This document shows positions 1 through 12,490 of a DNA stretch of 64,000 nucleotides, piece by piece; within the stretch, counting starts at the first letter, position 1, and each line of letters begins with the position of its first letter. The notes below the pieces were generated by a model that saw nothing but the letters and a program-made list of their open reading frames with translations, had not been told where the DNA came from and did no database searches. A program made the translations under genes and the position numbers. Origin of the DNA: Bugula neritina (Eukaryota > Animalia > Bryozoa); contig OZ037767.1 in assembly GCA_964035545.1 (NCBI GenBank), forward strand, positions 22,522,628 through 22,586,627, given 5' to 3'.

Positions 1-142
1 GTTAAAAATAATTGCAATGATACAATAAAAGCAATACCAAAGACTATAAAAAAACTCTATGAAAGGTTTCTGTTGGTATATTTTACTTATATATATATTA
101 AATAAACAGTGCTAGTAGTTATATACGACTGTATATGTTTAG

Positions 143-740
143 GGTATACACATAACCAAGGACACCAACTCTGGCATCTGTTACATCCTACCATCCATAG
201 TCTCTGCTGCCGATAGTCAAATACTCAAAAGACACTTCCAAAGTCAGCAGGTCAACGTGACAGCAGAATCTCACCTCACATCTGTGACTGTGCATCCTGG
301 GAAAGTCTCTGATACCAGTTTCATACCGACTGAGGCCAAGTCATTCTGCTTCAATGGCTACCAGTGGGTGACTATTTACCAAGAGACAGCAAGCTCTAGT
401 CATGGTAAGACATTTTTAGTACTGTAATTCCTTTTTATAAAAATCTATTGTTCTTAGTCACTAAATTGTAAATTTATCATGAACATATTTAAACAATTGT
501 TTATTCTTAAACATAGTGAAATATTTTAATATGATCACCCAAGTTACAGTATAAGAAAAATTGTAATACAACGTATACCTATAAGTTTTCTTTTGTGTAA
601 ATGAGAATTTATGTACATTGAACGCTTGTAAAAATTTTATAGATCTTACTTTAAGTTTTCCAATTTTTGTAGAAATCGTGAAAAGAAGAATAAAGTGGCC
701 TAAAATAAAAATCACGATAACAATCACTATCAGGTTTTAA
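143..740 (+). CDS. Last two coding exons (143-404, 673-740) of a BRICHOS-domain propeptide; 5' exons lie upstream of the window
   Basis: AG|143-404|GTAAG reads GIHITKDTNSGICYILP...FIPTEAKSFCFNGYQWVTIYQETASSSH. The KD-x3-4-CY ... C-x3-4-W pattern is typical of BRICHOS. A phase-1 join to ttttgtAG|673 gives EIVKRRIKWPKIKITITITIRF*. Confidence 0.75.
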
Positions 741-811
741 TTCTATCTGTACGGTTCTACCCTTACTTTGCTGTGGGGAAAGCTACTTGGTTGACTGTAA
801 AAACGTAGTTG

Positions 812-960
812 TAGGTGCAGTGATGAAGAAATTGAGAAAAACTATGTGTTATAATAAGTTATAAATTTTGCAAAAAAGACTTTTTTTAGCAAGTTTAAAC
901 AGAACTTATTTAGAAAATTAAAAAAATTAGGCTATCTTAATTTCTCCACTACTGCACCAA
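812..960. mobile_element. Short MITE-like element (TAGGTGCAGT...ACTGCACC ends), same family as 59395-59575
   Basis: Imperfect terminal inverted repeats; terminal sequences similar to the 59.4-kb copy. Confidence 0.45.
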
Positions 961-3263
961 CTGACAAAAGCATTTTTATATTATGCATATATTTTAGCTT
1001 TTATACATGCATCTCAATAAAATTATGTCTTTTTGTAATGTATATTACTAGGTATCTAGTACACTTTTAAATGCTTCATTCTTTCGCAAAATAATAACAA
1101 TAACTATTTTTATGGAACAAAATTGATGTATTATTATCTGTTAATTATTGTTATTAGTTTTTTCAAGTTTTCTATGCCAACATGCCTTTGTTTAATACTT
1201 GCTAACTATAATAAAAAGTCTTCATGTAGAAACAGTTATTATACAACTAGTCATTTAGGAGTGGGAAGTATTGAATAGAAGACAAAAGTGTTCCTACCCA
1301 ATTTTTAACTCATGTTTCATGCACATAGGAAAATTTTATGGCAGTGCTTGAGATTGTAATTGAGTTAACAAGATAATATTCTTTTAATTACTAAAAAGTT
1401 GTACTTTTCTGTTACAATTTCAGATAAATATTTTCATGTCGAGAAACCAAAATCAGTCGTTCACAAATTTATTAAATATATGTAAATACTTTCAGCTATA
1501 AAATTGTGCACCTGTAACCGCTTAATAATAGCAGCTACTGTCTGCATGTGAAAGGTTTCATAAACATAAAAAGTGCTAGAATTTTTGTTAAGCTGCAACG
1601 TTTTTTTCCATAGAAACTGTTTATTCTACTGATTTCTTTTTTAAGAACAACAGCCTAATAATTAAATAAAATACATTGCTGACAAATTTATGTATTACTG
1701 TGAAAGTAAGATGGAAACGTGTTGAATAAGTTGCATAATCTCACAAGTACAAATAAAAAAAGTTAGGCTTTTCTGCCATGAAAGTTTATACTAGGAATTT
1801 TTATAAAATAACCACAACAAGTCTGATGATTTGTAAAATTTTGGATACTTTTTAGGTAAATGGTTAACAAAGCTATAAAAAAATTTCCTAAGAGTCACTT
1901 AATTACTGCAATGTCAAATATATGTATGATTTTTACATTCGTTTAAAAGTTTATTTTGTTTTGTAAATAATTATACGAGCATTTGCTATCACATTATTGC
2001 ACATTTGCAACGTATTTATTTCATTGCTAATATTATAACTAAAATGTTTATATTATATATAATAGCTTAAAAACAAAACACTTGATTAATTTAGCAAATT
2101 TGCTAATATTACAAAAATGTTTACATAATATCACAGCTTTAGCTAATATTTTATTGATTTAGCAGTTTACTTGCAGTTTCTACATTTACAAAACTGCAAA
2201 GTAGGACAAGAAAGCATATAAACACTGCTGTGCCTTTCATTGTGCACCTGGCAAGTATTAACGTCTCAAAAGCAAACTAACTACCTTAGCTGCTGATGTG
2301 ATAGTATGCATACTGATAGGATATGTGATGTGTACTAAGTAGAAAAAAGGGCACTTGGAAATATTTTTAGCAAGTACTTGATGAAGCAATAATCATTTGT
2401 TCTACATGATGAAATGCTGGTACAGATATTATTAATAATTGTAAATCTTAAAATTTCGTGTTTCTTGTTGAACCTAATAAAGTATTTATTATTAAAAAAC
2501 AAGCTGATGGTACATCTTCTGGATAAAAAATGTATGTAATATAAAAATATTGATAATTTTTTACTAGCAAACCACAGAAGAATAAAAACCTTCAAGTATG
2601 ATCTAATTAACATTAAACTGATATTTTGAAATAAACATAATTTAAAAAAAAACAAAATCAATAAAGTGGCTAACAGTTTAAAAATGCTACACAAACTGGT
2701 TTTTAAAAAGAAAACCTTCAAGGTTTTGGTGATGACATTTGTTAATAACATATTTGTATACTCCAATAGAAAATCAGATAGCAATCAGTAGCGTATAACC
2801 ATTTGCTGCTGTGTATAAAGTACAGCTTGTCAGCTGATGTATTACAATATTGTCATTTCATCATAGTTCAATATATTATAAATTTTGTTCAGCATTATAG
2901 GACAGTGACATCTTAACATTATAGTTTATTATTCTAACTTAAGAAAGAACTGTTTAGCTAGAAATTTGGCTATACTTATCAACTGTTTTTTTTAGAACTG
3001 TTACGCTAGGTTCGGGTTTAGCAGTGCCTCGGTTTACCTGAACACCATGGCTTGGTAGGGTTCTAGTAGTATGAGACCCTTGTCTTGCATTAGTATTATA
3101 TCTTGGCTTTGCAGTGGTGTAATACTTCAGTCTGTACCTGAACTTTCCTAAAATTACAAATAGCGACATAATATGTAGAAAACAAATTCATCTTGCTTTA
3201 AGCACAAACAAAGTAGGTAAGAGACTATGTTTATATTTTGAGCAGCATGAAGTTTTTAGTCTC

Positions 3264-3596
3264 TGTTAAAAAATAATTGCCTCCACTGGGAATTGAACCC
3301 GAGTCCTCTGGCTTGCAAGCAAGTGTGCTACCATTACACCACAGAGACTACCTGGTAAACTCAACACTACATCCCACCCAGTTCTCTGAACTCCACTGGC
3401 CTATCTACTACTCCTTCAGTCATCAGGCTTTCCTGGCCTCTCAACTCCCTCGGAGTACTGCAACTACACTTCACTAAAGGCCAAACTAGCTTGAAAAATA
3501 ATTGCCCCCACCGCGAATCGAACCCAAGTCCTCTGGCTTGCAAGCAAGTGTGCTGCCATTACACCACTGGAGCCACTGGGTAAACTCAACTCTACA
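3264..3596 (-). mobile_element. TRIM-like miniature LTR element whose two ~105-108-bp terminal repeats each contain a tRNA-derived sequence
   Basis: Direct repeats 3264-3371 and 3492-3596, each bounded TG...CA, with A-box (TGGTGTAATGG) and B-box (GGTTCRATTC) on the - strand. 120-bp internal region with a purine-rich tract before the second repeat. Absent from the paralogous intron of copy C. Confidence 0.6.
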
Positions 3597-5829
3597 ACTG
3601 TCTAAGGAATTTGATACAGTTGACAGTTTTAAAATGGCTAATAGCAAATCTGAAATAAACACAATTTGTTGTGTTTAACAAAACAAAACAGATTAATTAT
3701 TAGTTTTCACCTGGTGGGTATAGACTAGGTCTTGTAGTAGGACCAGCTGTTGAACCAGTTATTGAACTCCATGTAGCTGTTGTTGGTGGTCCAACTCTAG
3801 CAGTGGGGGGACAGAAAGGTGTTGATGAAGATGGAGTTGATGACTCATGTTTAGGTTTAAAGTCACTGGCTCTGATATGTACTTCTATGGTTCCATATTC
3901 AGACAGGCCCTGCAAGTGATTGGTTAGTATAAACAGAAGTTGTAGATGTTGTGTGACAAACACATATAATGAGAGGTACAATGGGCAGGAGAGTATATAC
4001 ACATAAACTAATAGTATTTCAATATACATTATAAACCAGTAAGTGAGCTATGTGTCATTTTCTTTTTGTTGAGATATTGGAATTGTTGTTGTTAGATTTT
4101 CTTTACATTATTTCCAAGGAGTCATTTTTGTATGTTAGCATGTTTTCAAACCTCAATATAATTATTCTCATTTTTGTTTATTTCGAACATATACATATAG
4201 GCCTATAGTGAATTTTTTTTGTAAGGCCTTTTATGTTCTTTCAGATTTAGCATCTGCCTCGTGATATAACATACTTCTAGTAATTATCAACTGTATAGTG
4301 ACTGGAGACATTGCTGGCCATTACTAACATTTTTGATACGTTTAAAATTTTTTTACACATATGACTGTCTGCCAAACAAGTAAATAAAACAGCTTTTGAA
4401 ATTCATAAGTATAAGTATATAGCTATAACCTCACAGTGTCTATGTATCAAGCAAAGTTGACCATAATGTTACAATAACTATATATATTCAAGTACCCAAA
4501 ACCTTACATTAGTATTGTACAATTATGCACACAGTTTTGTATAAATGCAGAAAGTTGTCTAACACCTTTACTCACCTGAGAAGTAAGCTGAGGTAATAAC
4601 TTGTCAACGTCTAAAGTCAGGGTGGCCACAACTGGGTCCTAGAATTCAAAACAAACTATACAGCACCTTGGTGAAAAAAATTCAGATTGTTTGTAAGCTC
4701 AATAGCAATTAAAAACTTTCTTAAATGACAATTTGGTCAATCTTATACAAAATAAATCAATAGTATAGTTTTTTCTGATAAGATTTGAAACTTTTTATCG
4801 TCATGTATAATAATTTGTGCCAATAGTAAATGAGGATAGAATAAAATTGGGTTGTGTTACTTACACTTTCTGCAATTGTAGAGCTGAAGAATGTTACCAG
4901 ACAGAGAACCAGCTGTATCGAAAGATCCATACTTTAAATATGAAAGCTGATAGTTTTAAGAGATCTGTGCTTTCAATTTTCTTTTGTAATGTGTTACCAG
5001 GTGTGTCTTGCTCGTCAAATGCTATATTTATATCTGCGTTAAATTTGCTTAGAATGTGGTATTATATGTGCTTCAGATCTTTCTACTTCATTTAATAATC
5101 AATCAGCCATGTTAATATCCATATATCTGTCTAAATAAGCTCTTAATATCTAAAAGATGTTCCAGTCAGTTAGATTACACAGAGTATGAAATGTCACAGT
5201 GAAATGTACATTATATGTATATTACATGTATATCATACATAACAGAAATAGTTGTAGATAAGGTTAGATGCCAAATGTTAAAATAGATTTTGGTGTGAAT
5301 GTCCTGGTTATTTATGAAGTACCTAATGATGCTTAATAGAGCCTTCCTCAAAATACTAACTGGAGTGCCAAATTTTTTAAATAAGGCAAAAAGTTGTCAA
5401 ATTTTGTTTAAATACATAATCAAGTTATCAAGCGTAACGCTAGCATATAACAAACATATTTTGGTTTCATAACTTTCCTACAATCATTACATCAGAAGTG
5501 AAGTTATAAAAGCTCATCAGTTATTACACATAAAAGCTCATCTCTATTTTGCTTGTAATGAAATGTTAAATATATAATTTAATTTAATGTCATTGACCTT
5601 CTAATGTCAAAGGAGATGGGCTGATTGTAGCATCAGTGACTTGCAGTAAAGTAATTGAAATTCATAACCCTAATAATATATTATAATCAGCAATATATGA
5701 GCTGTATATAGCACCTGTTTATATAAAGTCATTATTATATTTACTAACTTATTTATCTACTACACAAAACTGTATCTAATAACATTTTTGAGTACTAAAG
5801 AATAGGAACTAAAATGAAGTATGTTTGCA

Positions 5830-5912
5830 AGCGTGTATGTACGTGCGTGCGTGTGCGTGTGCATGTGCGTGCGTGCGTGTGTGTGTGTGTGTGCGCGCGC
5901 GCGTGTGTGTGT
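5830..5912. repeat. (GT/GC)n compound microsatellite
   Basis: Directly visible. Confidence 0.9.
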
Positions 5913-6982
5913 ACACTGTAAATCACAACTAGTAAGAATCTCAGTGACGTGTGCTATTTATTGTGAGATTAGGATAAAGGTACTAGACAGTTCTTGACTT
6001 CTCCTAATCTAACCACATACATAACCTACATTAGTGAAATCTTGAATATATTCCAGGTAAATGATTAACAAAGCTGAATATAATTTTGCAAAAAATTCAC
6101 TTTATTACAATGATCGCTATATGTGTGTTTTTATTTTGTTCTACAATGATAAGAGCGCAGAATATCACATTGATTCACATTTGCAAGCATGCTCATTATT
6201 TTACAATATTATAGTTACTATGTTTATGTTATCTAATAATATAGAAATATGACATTTTATTAATTTAGCAGTTTTGCTAATATTACAGAAGCTTTTATAA
6301 CATAATATTATAACTTTAACTAATGTTATATTGATTTGACAGTTTATTTAAGTTTTCAGAATATACAGAGCTGCAGAGCAGAACCAGTTAGCATATCAAC
6401 ACCGCTGTGCTGTTCATTGTGAGACTAAAACATAGTTACCTGATGATGTACCTGATAAGTATTTGTGTGTTGCTGAACCCAATAAAGTTTTTATTATTAC
6501 GAAACGAGCTGTTGGAATATCTTTTGGATTACAAATGTACGTGATATAAATCAAGGATACTCTCCTTAGTAGCAAAAAACAGGAAAATAAAACCTTCATG
6601 TATGATCAGATTAACATTAAGCTGAAACTTTGAAATAAACGTAATGTAGAAGAACAAAATCAATAAAATGGCAAATAAATAAAAGTTTGAAAAGTACTAT
6701 ACACAAGCTTGTTTTAGAAAAAAAACAATAGTAAAGATGTTGGTGATGACATTTGTTAATAACATCTTTGTATACTCCAATAGAAAATCAGATAGCAATC
6801 AGTAGCGTATAACTATCTGCTGCTGTGTATAAAATATACAGTTTGTCAGCTGATTTATTACAATATTAGTATCTCTTCATAGTTCAATATATTGATCATG
6901 TGACATCAAATATTGGTCATTATGGGGCAGTGATATCATAAAATTATAGTTTATTATTCTAAGAATTCTGTTTAGCTAGATG

Positions 6983-7610
6983 TTAAGGTTTGCTATACTT
7001 ATCAGCTGTATTTTGTAGATCTTCTGGGCTAGCAGCAAGTTTTGCAGTCGGTATGTTTCCTTCAATACCAGGCCTGTCTATTGGTCTTGTAGTAGTATAA
7101 TACTTTTGTCCATACCTGAATTTTCCTAAAGGTACAAATAGTGACACAATATAAAGCAACTTAAATCTTATTTTAAACATGCGCAAAGCAAAATAAAAAA
7201 TTAGCCTCAGCTATATGATATACTATATTACGATGCACTTCTAGTAATTCTCAAAAAATAGTGACTGGATTAAGTTGTCAAATATTATTTACACATATGA
7301 CTGTCTGCCAAGCAAGTAAACAAAACAGCTTTTGAAAAACACAAGTATAAGTACATTGCTATAACCTCACAGCCTCTATATCAAGCAAAATTAACCATAA
7401 TGTTACAATAACTATATATAAAACAACTCTCAATCATGTGAACTTGATGAAATTAAAAATATACAAGTACCCAAAACCTTACAATCATATTGTACAATTA
7501 TGCACACAGTTTTGTGTAAATTATGCAGAAAGTGTTTTCATACTTTTACTCACTTGAGAAGTAAGCTGCGGTAATGTTTAAAGTTAGGGTGGCCACAACT
7601 GGGTCCTACA
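6983..7610 (-). pseudogene. Secreted repeat-protein family, copy B (frameshifted exon 2, exon 3 missing, exon 4 retained)
   Basis: Exon-2 homologue at ~7553-7606 has an internal deletion. Exon 4 reads GKFRYGQKYYTTTRP...DLQNTADKYSKP*. No exon-3 homologue lies between them. Confidence 0.65.
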
Positions 7611-8619
7611 AATCAAAACAAATTACAGTGTGCCTTGTTGAGCAAAATTGCAGTCTTATAGCTTGTAGTTGTCTAAATGCAATGGGAAGTGGTGCCAGTG
7701 TGTCTTGTTCTAGAACATTGACTTTATTAAACTGATAGTCAGCCCAAAGGCGCTGCAAGCCTGGGGAAGTTTGATAATTTGATTGTATATCAAAATAAAA
7801 TTTATCAATTTTTTTATCTTATTGCATCAATCTAGTACTCCGACTTTATAATATTTAGAGGAAGACTGTGTCTGTAATGCACTATCTGGTATTTCATAAA
7901 TAACCTGCGCATTCACCCTGACAACTAATTCAACATTTCACATCTAACCTAATTGTGCTTGTTATGATAGGTCATTACTTATTTTCACACTTCAAATATA
8001 TATTTAAAAAGATTATCCAAAACTAATTATGTTTAATACATGTATATTTCACTGTGAGATTCCATACTCCACATAATCTAACTGACTGAAACATCTATAA
8101 ACTATTAGCAGAAGCTTATTTTGACAGATATGGATATTAACATGACTGATTGGTTTATATAAAGGAAATAGACATATTTAAAGCACCTATAATGCCACAT
8201 TCTAGGCAGATTTAAAGCAGATAGAAATATGGCATTTGATCAGCAAGACTCACCTAGTAGCAGATAGATTTGCAAACACAGACCTCTGTTACAAAACTAT
8301 CAACTCCAACACTAAGTATGGATCTTTCAATACAACTGGTTCTTTGGCTGATGGCATTCTTCGGCTCTACAATTGCAGAAAGTGTGAGTAACACAACCCT
8401 ATTTTATTCTGTTCTCATTTACTACTGACCTAAAATACTATTTATACAGAAAGTTTAAGAATTTCAAATCTTGTCAGAAAAAACTATAATATTGCTTTAT
8501 TTTGCATATATGTGTGGTTGATCAAATTGTCATTTAAGAAGGTATTTAATTGCTATTGAGCTTACAAACAACCTGAATTTTTCTCAGCATGGTATGTTAT
8601 AGTTTGTTTTGAATTCTAG

Positions 8620-10121
8620 GACCCAGTTGTGGCCACCTTGACTTTGGACGTTGACAAGTTATTACCTCAGCTTACTTCTCAGGTGAGTGAAAGTATTTGA
8701 AGACTTTCTGCATTTATACAAAACTGTGTGCATAATTGTACAATACTAATGTAAGGTTTTGGGTATTTTGTATTTTTAATTGACTCAAGGTCACATGACT
8801 TATACTTGTTCTATATTATATAGCTATTGTAATATCATGGTCAACTTTGCTTGATACATAGACACTGTGAGGTTATAGCTATACAGTTATACTTATGTTT
8901 TCAATAGCTGCTTTGCTTACTTGTTTGACAAACAGCTGTTATATATGTGTAACAAATATTTTACAAGCATAATTATGGTCAGCAACTTTATTAAGTAACT
9001 ATGTACTTGATAATTACTAGAAGTACATTGTAATATATATATCACAGCAGATGCTAAATCTTCAAAAACACGTATGCTTTACGCCAAATATTATTTAATA
9101 TGTGATATTTTTTCTATATAAATTACCTGAAAACTATTGTTGTGTTGTATAAATACTCACTATAGATATATGTTCAAAATAAACAAAAATAAAAATATAC
9201 TGCCGTTTGGATGCACACCAATTTAGGAAAACCGCTCCTTGGAAATAGTATTAAAAAATCTAGCAATTTAAAAACTCTAATATCTCAACAAAAAGAATAT
9301 TGTTTGAAGTTTTAGTATTGCATATTGCTCACTTACTGGTTTATAATGTATATTGAAATACTATTAGTTTAAATGTATATACTCTTCTGCTCATCTTACC
9401 TCTCATTAAATGTGTTAGTCACACAACATCTACAACCACAGTTTATACTAACCAATCACTTGCAGGGGCTGTCTGAATATGGAACCATAGAAGTACATAT
9501 CAGAGCCAGTGACTTTAAACCTAAAGAGAAATATCTTCAACATGAGTCATCAACACCACTCTGTCCCCCCACTGCTAGAGCTGGACCACCAACAACAGCT
9601 ACATGGAGTTCAATAACTGCTTCACCAGCTGGTCCTACTACAAGACCTAGTCTATACCCACCAGGTAGTAACTAATAATTATTCACTTTGTTTTGTTAAA
9701 CACAACAAACTGTGTTTATTTCAGACTTATTGCTAACTATTTAAACTGTTTAATATTGTCAAATTGCTTAGAGAGTAACTAAAAAGCTTTATGCTGCTCA
9801 AAATATAAACATAGTCTCTTACTTGCTTTGCTCGTGTTTAAAACAAGATTTGGTTTGTTTTCTATTATGTCACCATTTGTAATTTTAGGAAAATTCAGGT
9901 ACAGACCAAGATATTACACTACTGCAAGGCCAAGATATTACACTACTGCAATGCCAAGGTATTACACTACTACAAGGCCAATAGGTTATAATAGTGTGAG
10001 ATTGAGATACTATACTACAAGCCCAATTAGCAGTGGTATCGAGGCAAACGTGCGAACTGCTAAACCTGCTGTTAGCCGAAAAGATCTACAAAATACAGCT
10101 GATAAGTATAGCAAACCTTAA
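8620..10121 (+). CDS. Secreted repeat-protein family, copy C. Exons 8620-8682, 9466-9664, 9889-10121; Tyr/Arg/Thr-rich RPRYYTT(A/T) repeats; signal-peptide exon not found
   Basis: Canonical GT-AG sites, phases 0/1 and an open frame to ...KDLQNTADKYSKP*. Homology to copy A begins near 7880, downstream of where exon 1 would lie. Confidence 0.6.
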
Positions 10122-11256
10122 CATCTATCTAGACAGCATTTTTGGGAAAATAAACTATAATGCTATGATGTCACTACCCCATAACGCTGACCAATATTTG
10201 ATGTCACGTGATCAATATATTGAATTATGATATGTCAACATTGTAATACACCAGCTGACAAACTGTATGTTATGCACAGCAGCAGATAGTTATGCTTCTG
10301 ATTGCTATCTGATTTTCTATTGGAGTATACAAACATGTTATTAGCAAATGTTATTACCAACGTCTTGAATATTGTTTTTTTTTCAAAAACAAGCTTGTGT
10401 AGTATTTTTCAAACTGTTTTTCATTTGCCATTTCATTAATTTTGGTTTTCTAAATTATGTTTATTTCAAAGTTTCAGCTTAATGTTAATCTGATCATACT
10501 TGTGGTTTTTTTTATCTTTGTTTTATATCACATAAATTTTTAATTCAGAAAATGTTCCAACCAACAGCTCGTTTTTTTTAATAATAAATGCTTTATTGGA
10601 TTCAACAACACACACAAACACACAACATTTCAAGATGCACGGCTATAAATAAAACTTTTTAAGGCATTTCATAATGTGGAAAAACGTCTATTTATGCATC
10701 TTCATTAACTGCTTGCCAAAAAATATCAGAATGATATGCTTATTACTTAGCAGGCATGCATCATATCTGGTCAGTAGGTAGTTTACTTCAGAGAAGTTAA
10801 TACTTATTATCAGGTACACAATAAACAGCACAGCGGTGTTGATAAGCTTACTGGTTCTACTCCACAGCTTTTTAAATTCAGAAATTGCAAATAAACTGTT
10901 AAATCAATAGAATATCAGTAAAAGTTATAATATTATGTTATAAACACTTTTGTAATATTAGCACAACTGCTAAATTACTCAAATGTCATTTTGTTATATT
11001 ATTAGATAACATAAACATTGCAACTGTAATATTAGCAATACAATAAACAGGCTGCAAATGTGAACTGATGTGATATTCTGTGCTTTTATCAATACCTATA
11101 TACAAGGCAAAATCAACTTTTAAGCCTTAAGAATGTAAAAAACACACTTAGTAATCTTTGTAATAAAGTGACATATCTAAGATATTACTAAATATGTGTG
11201 TATGTGGCTTAGATTAGAAGTCAAGACCTGTCAAGTACCTCCATCCTAATCTCACA

Positions 11257-12490
11257 ATTAATAGCACACTGTCACTAATATTTCTGCTGGTTGTGATTTA
11301 CTCTTTGCAAATGGAGAAGATGTAAGCCTTAATAGCTAAATCAGTAGAATATCAGATTTTTAAATTAGTATCCTTACATTCAGTACCAGACGCCATGTCT
11401 TTGTAGCCCTGCATAAACATTTTAGTGCAGGATCTGGAACTTTTGGCTTCTAAAAATTTTACTTGTTTTAAATATGGCATGAACCCCAAATTAAATGTTT
11501 GCATCTAGGGCTTTCTCAGATATGGAATTATAGAGGTACAAATCAAAGCCAGTGACTGTAAATTAAAATGCCCATCTCCAGTGCAGAATCAGTTGTCTGC
11601 CAAGGTTTATTCTGCCACCATCATACCTTCACCATTATCATTCTATTATTCTAGTAGTAACACTGCGTAGATTTTTCTATTTTAATTATTGTTAAGCTCC
11701 AGCTACAAGATCAATACATTGTACTACTGCAAGCTCAACTCTAGCTCCTCCCACTATTCATTGCACTACTACAATACTAAGAGCTCCTACTACAACAAGA
11801 TCAATATATCACACCACTACACGAAAAAAATATCAAACTACTACAAGACCAAGACACCACAATACTACAACACCATAATCCAAGTTACTACAAGATCAAG
11901 ATTTGACACTACTACAATACTAAGGTGCCACACTAATGCAAGCTCAACTCAAGCTTCTCCTCCTATTCCTTATGCTATTACCAGATCAGGAATTCCAGGT
12001 AATACAAGACCATGAAACTACACTACTGCAAGCTTAACTCCAACTCCTTCCTATGTTCCTCGCACTACTACAAGACTAAGATACAACACTGCTACAAGAC
12101 AAAGATACCACACTGGTCAAGACATCAAACTACTACTAGACCAAGACACTGCACTACTAAAAGACCAAGATCCCACACTATTACAAGTCCAAGATACCAT
12201 CATAACCGCAGATCAATACATTATATATAATACTTTGAAACCAGAATATTATACACTGATTAGGACCAAGGTATTAGTTACTATTGTAAGACTAAGACTT
12301 CACACTACTGTAGGACTAATCAAGACAAATACACTTTACCATAGCAAAGCCAAAGCAACAAATTACTGCAAGACATCAAGCTACCACAACATATATTTCT
12401 AATCACAGCATTGACTCTGCTGGCCATGCTTTAAATCGCACAGTTATATAAAAGACAGCTGATGCATATGCTAAGACAGCTACATGTATT
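11257..12490 (+). pseudogene. Secreted repeat-protein family, copy D (decayed; long TTRPRH-type repeat region)
   Basis: Exon-1 homologue has ATT for ATG and a frameshift; exon 2 is absent. Exon 3 at 11509 (GFLRYGIIEVQIKASDCKLK...) is followed by stops and frameshifts. Terminal KTADAYAK resembles NTADKYSK. Confidence 0.6.

Larger units (their letters stand above)
2954..5965 (-). pseudogene. Secreted repeat-protein family, copy A. Exons 2-4 open (4638-4576, 3909-3711, 3147-2954); exon 1 (~5830-5965) damaged
   Basis: Exon 2 DPVVATLTLDVDKLLPQLTSQ, exon 3 GLSEYGTIEVHIRASDFKPK..., exon 4 GKFRYRLKYYTTAKPRY... with consistent splice phases. The exon-1 homologue has ATA in place of ATG, an indel and an inserted (CA/CG)n microsatellite. 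Confidence 0.6.

Noticed and set aside
734-864. Alternative Cys-containing last exon for the BRICHOS gene (GFNSICTVLPLLCC...)
   Set aside because: Weak polypyrimidine tract, no dibasic processing site, and it runs into a MITE-like element; the acceptor at 671-672 is better supported.
2335-2784. 149-aa ORF on the - strand
   Set aside because: AT-rich duplicated 3' flank of the repeat-protein genes; no recognisable motif, and the ORF track shows no equivalent ORF in the paralogous flanks.
3279-3575. Two functional tRNA (Cys/Ala) genes
   Set aside because: Anticodon stems do not pair properly, and both lie inside an insertion absent from the paralogous intron; treated as element-borne tRNA-derived sequence.
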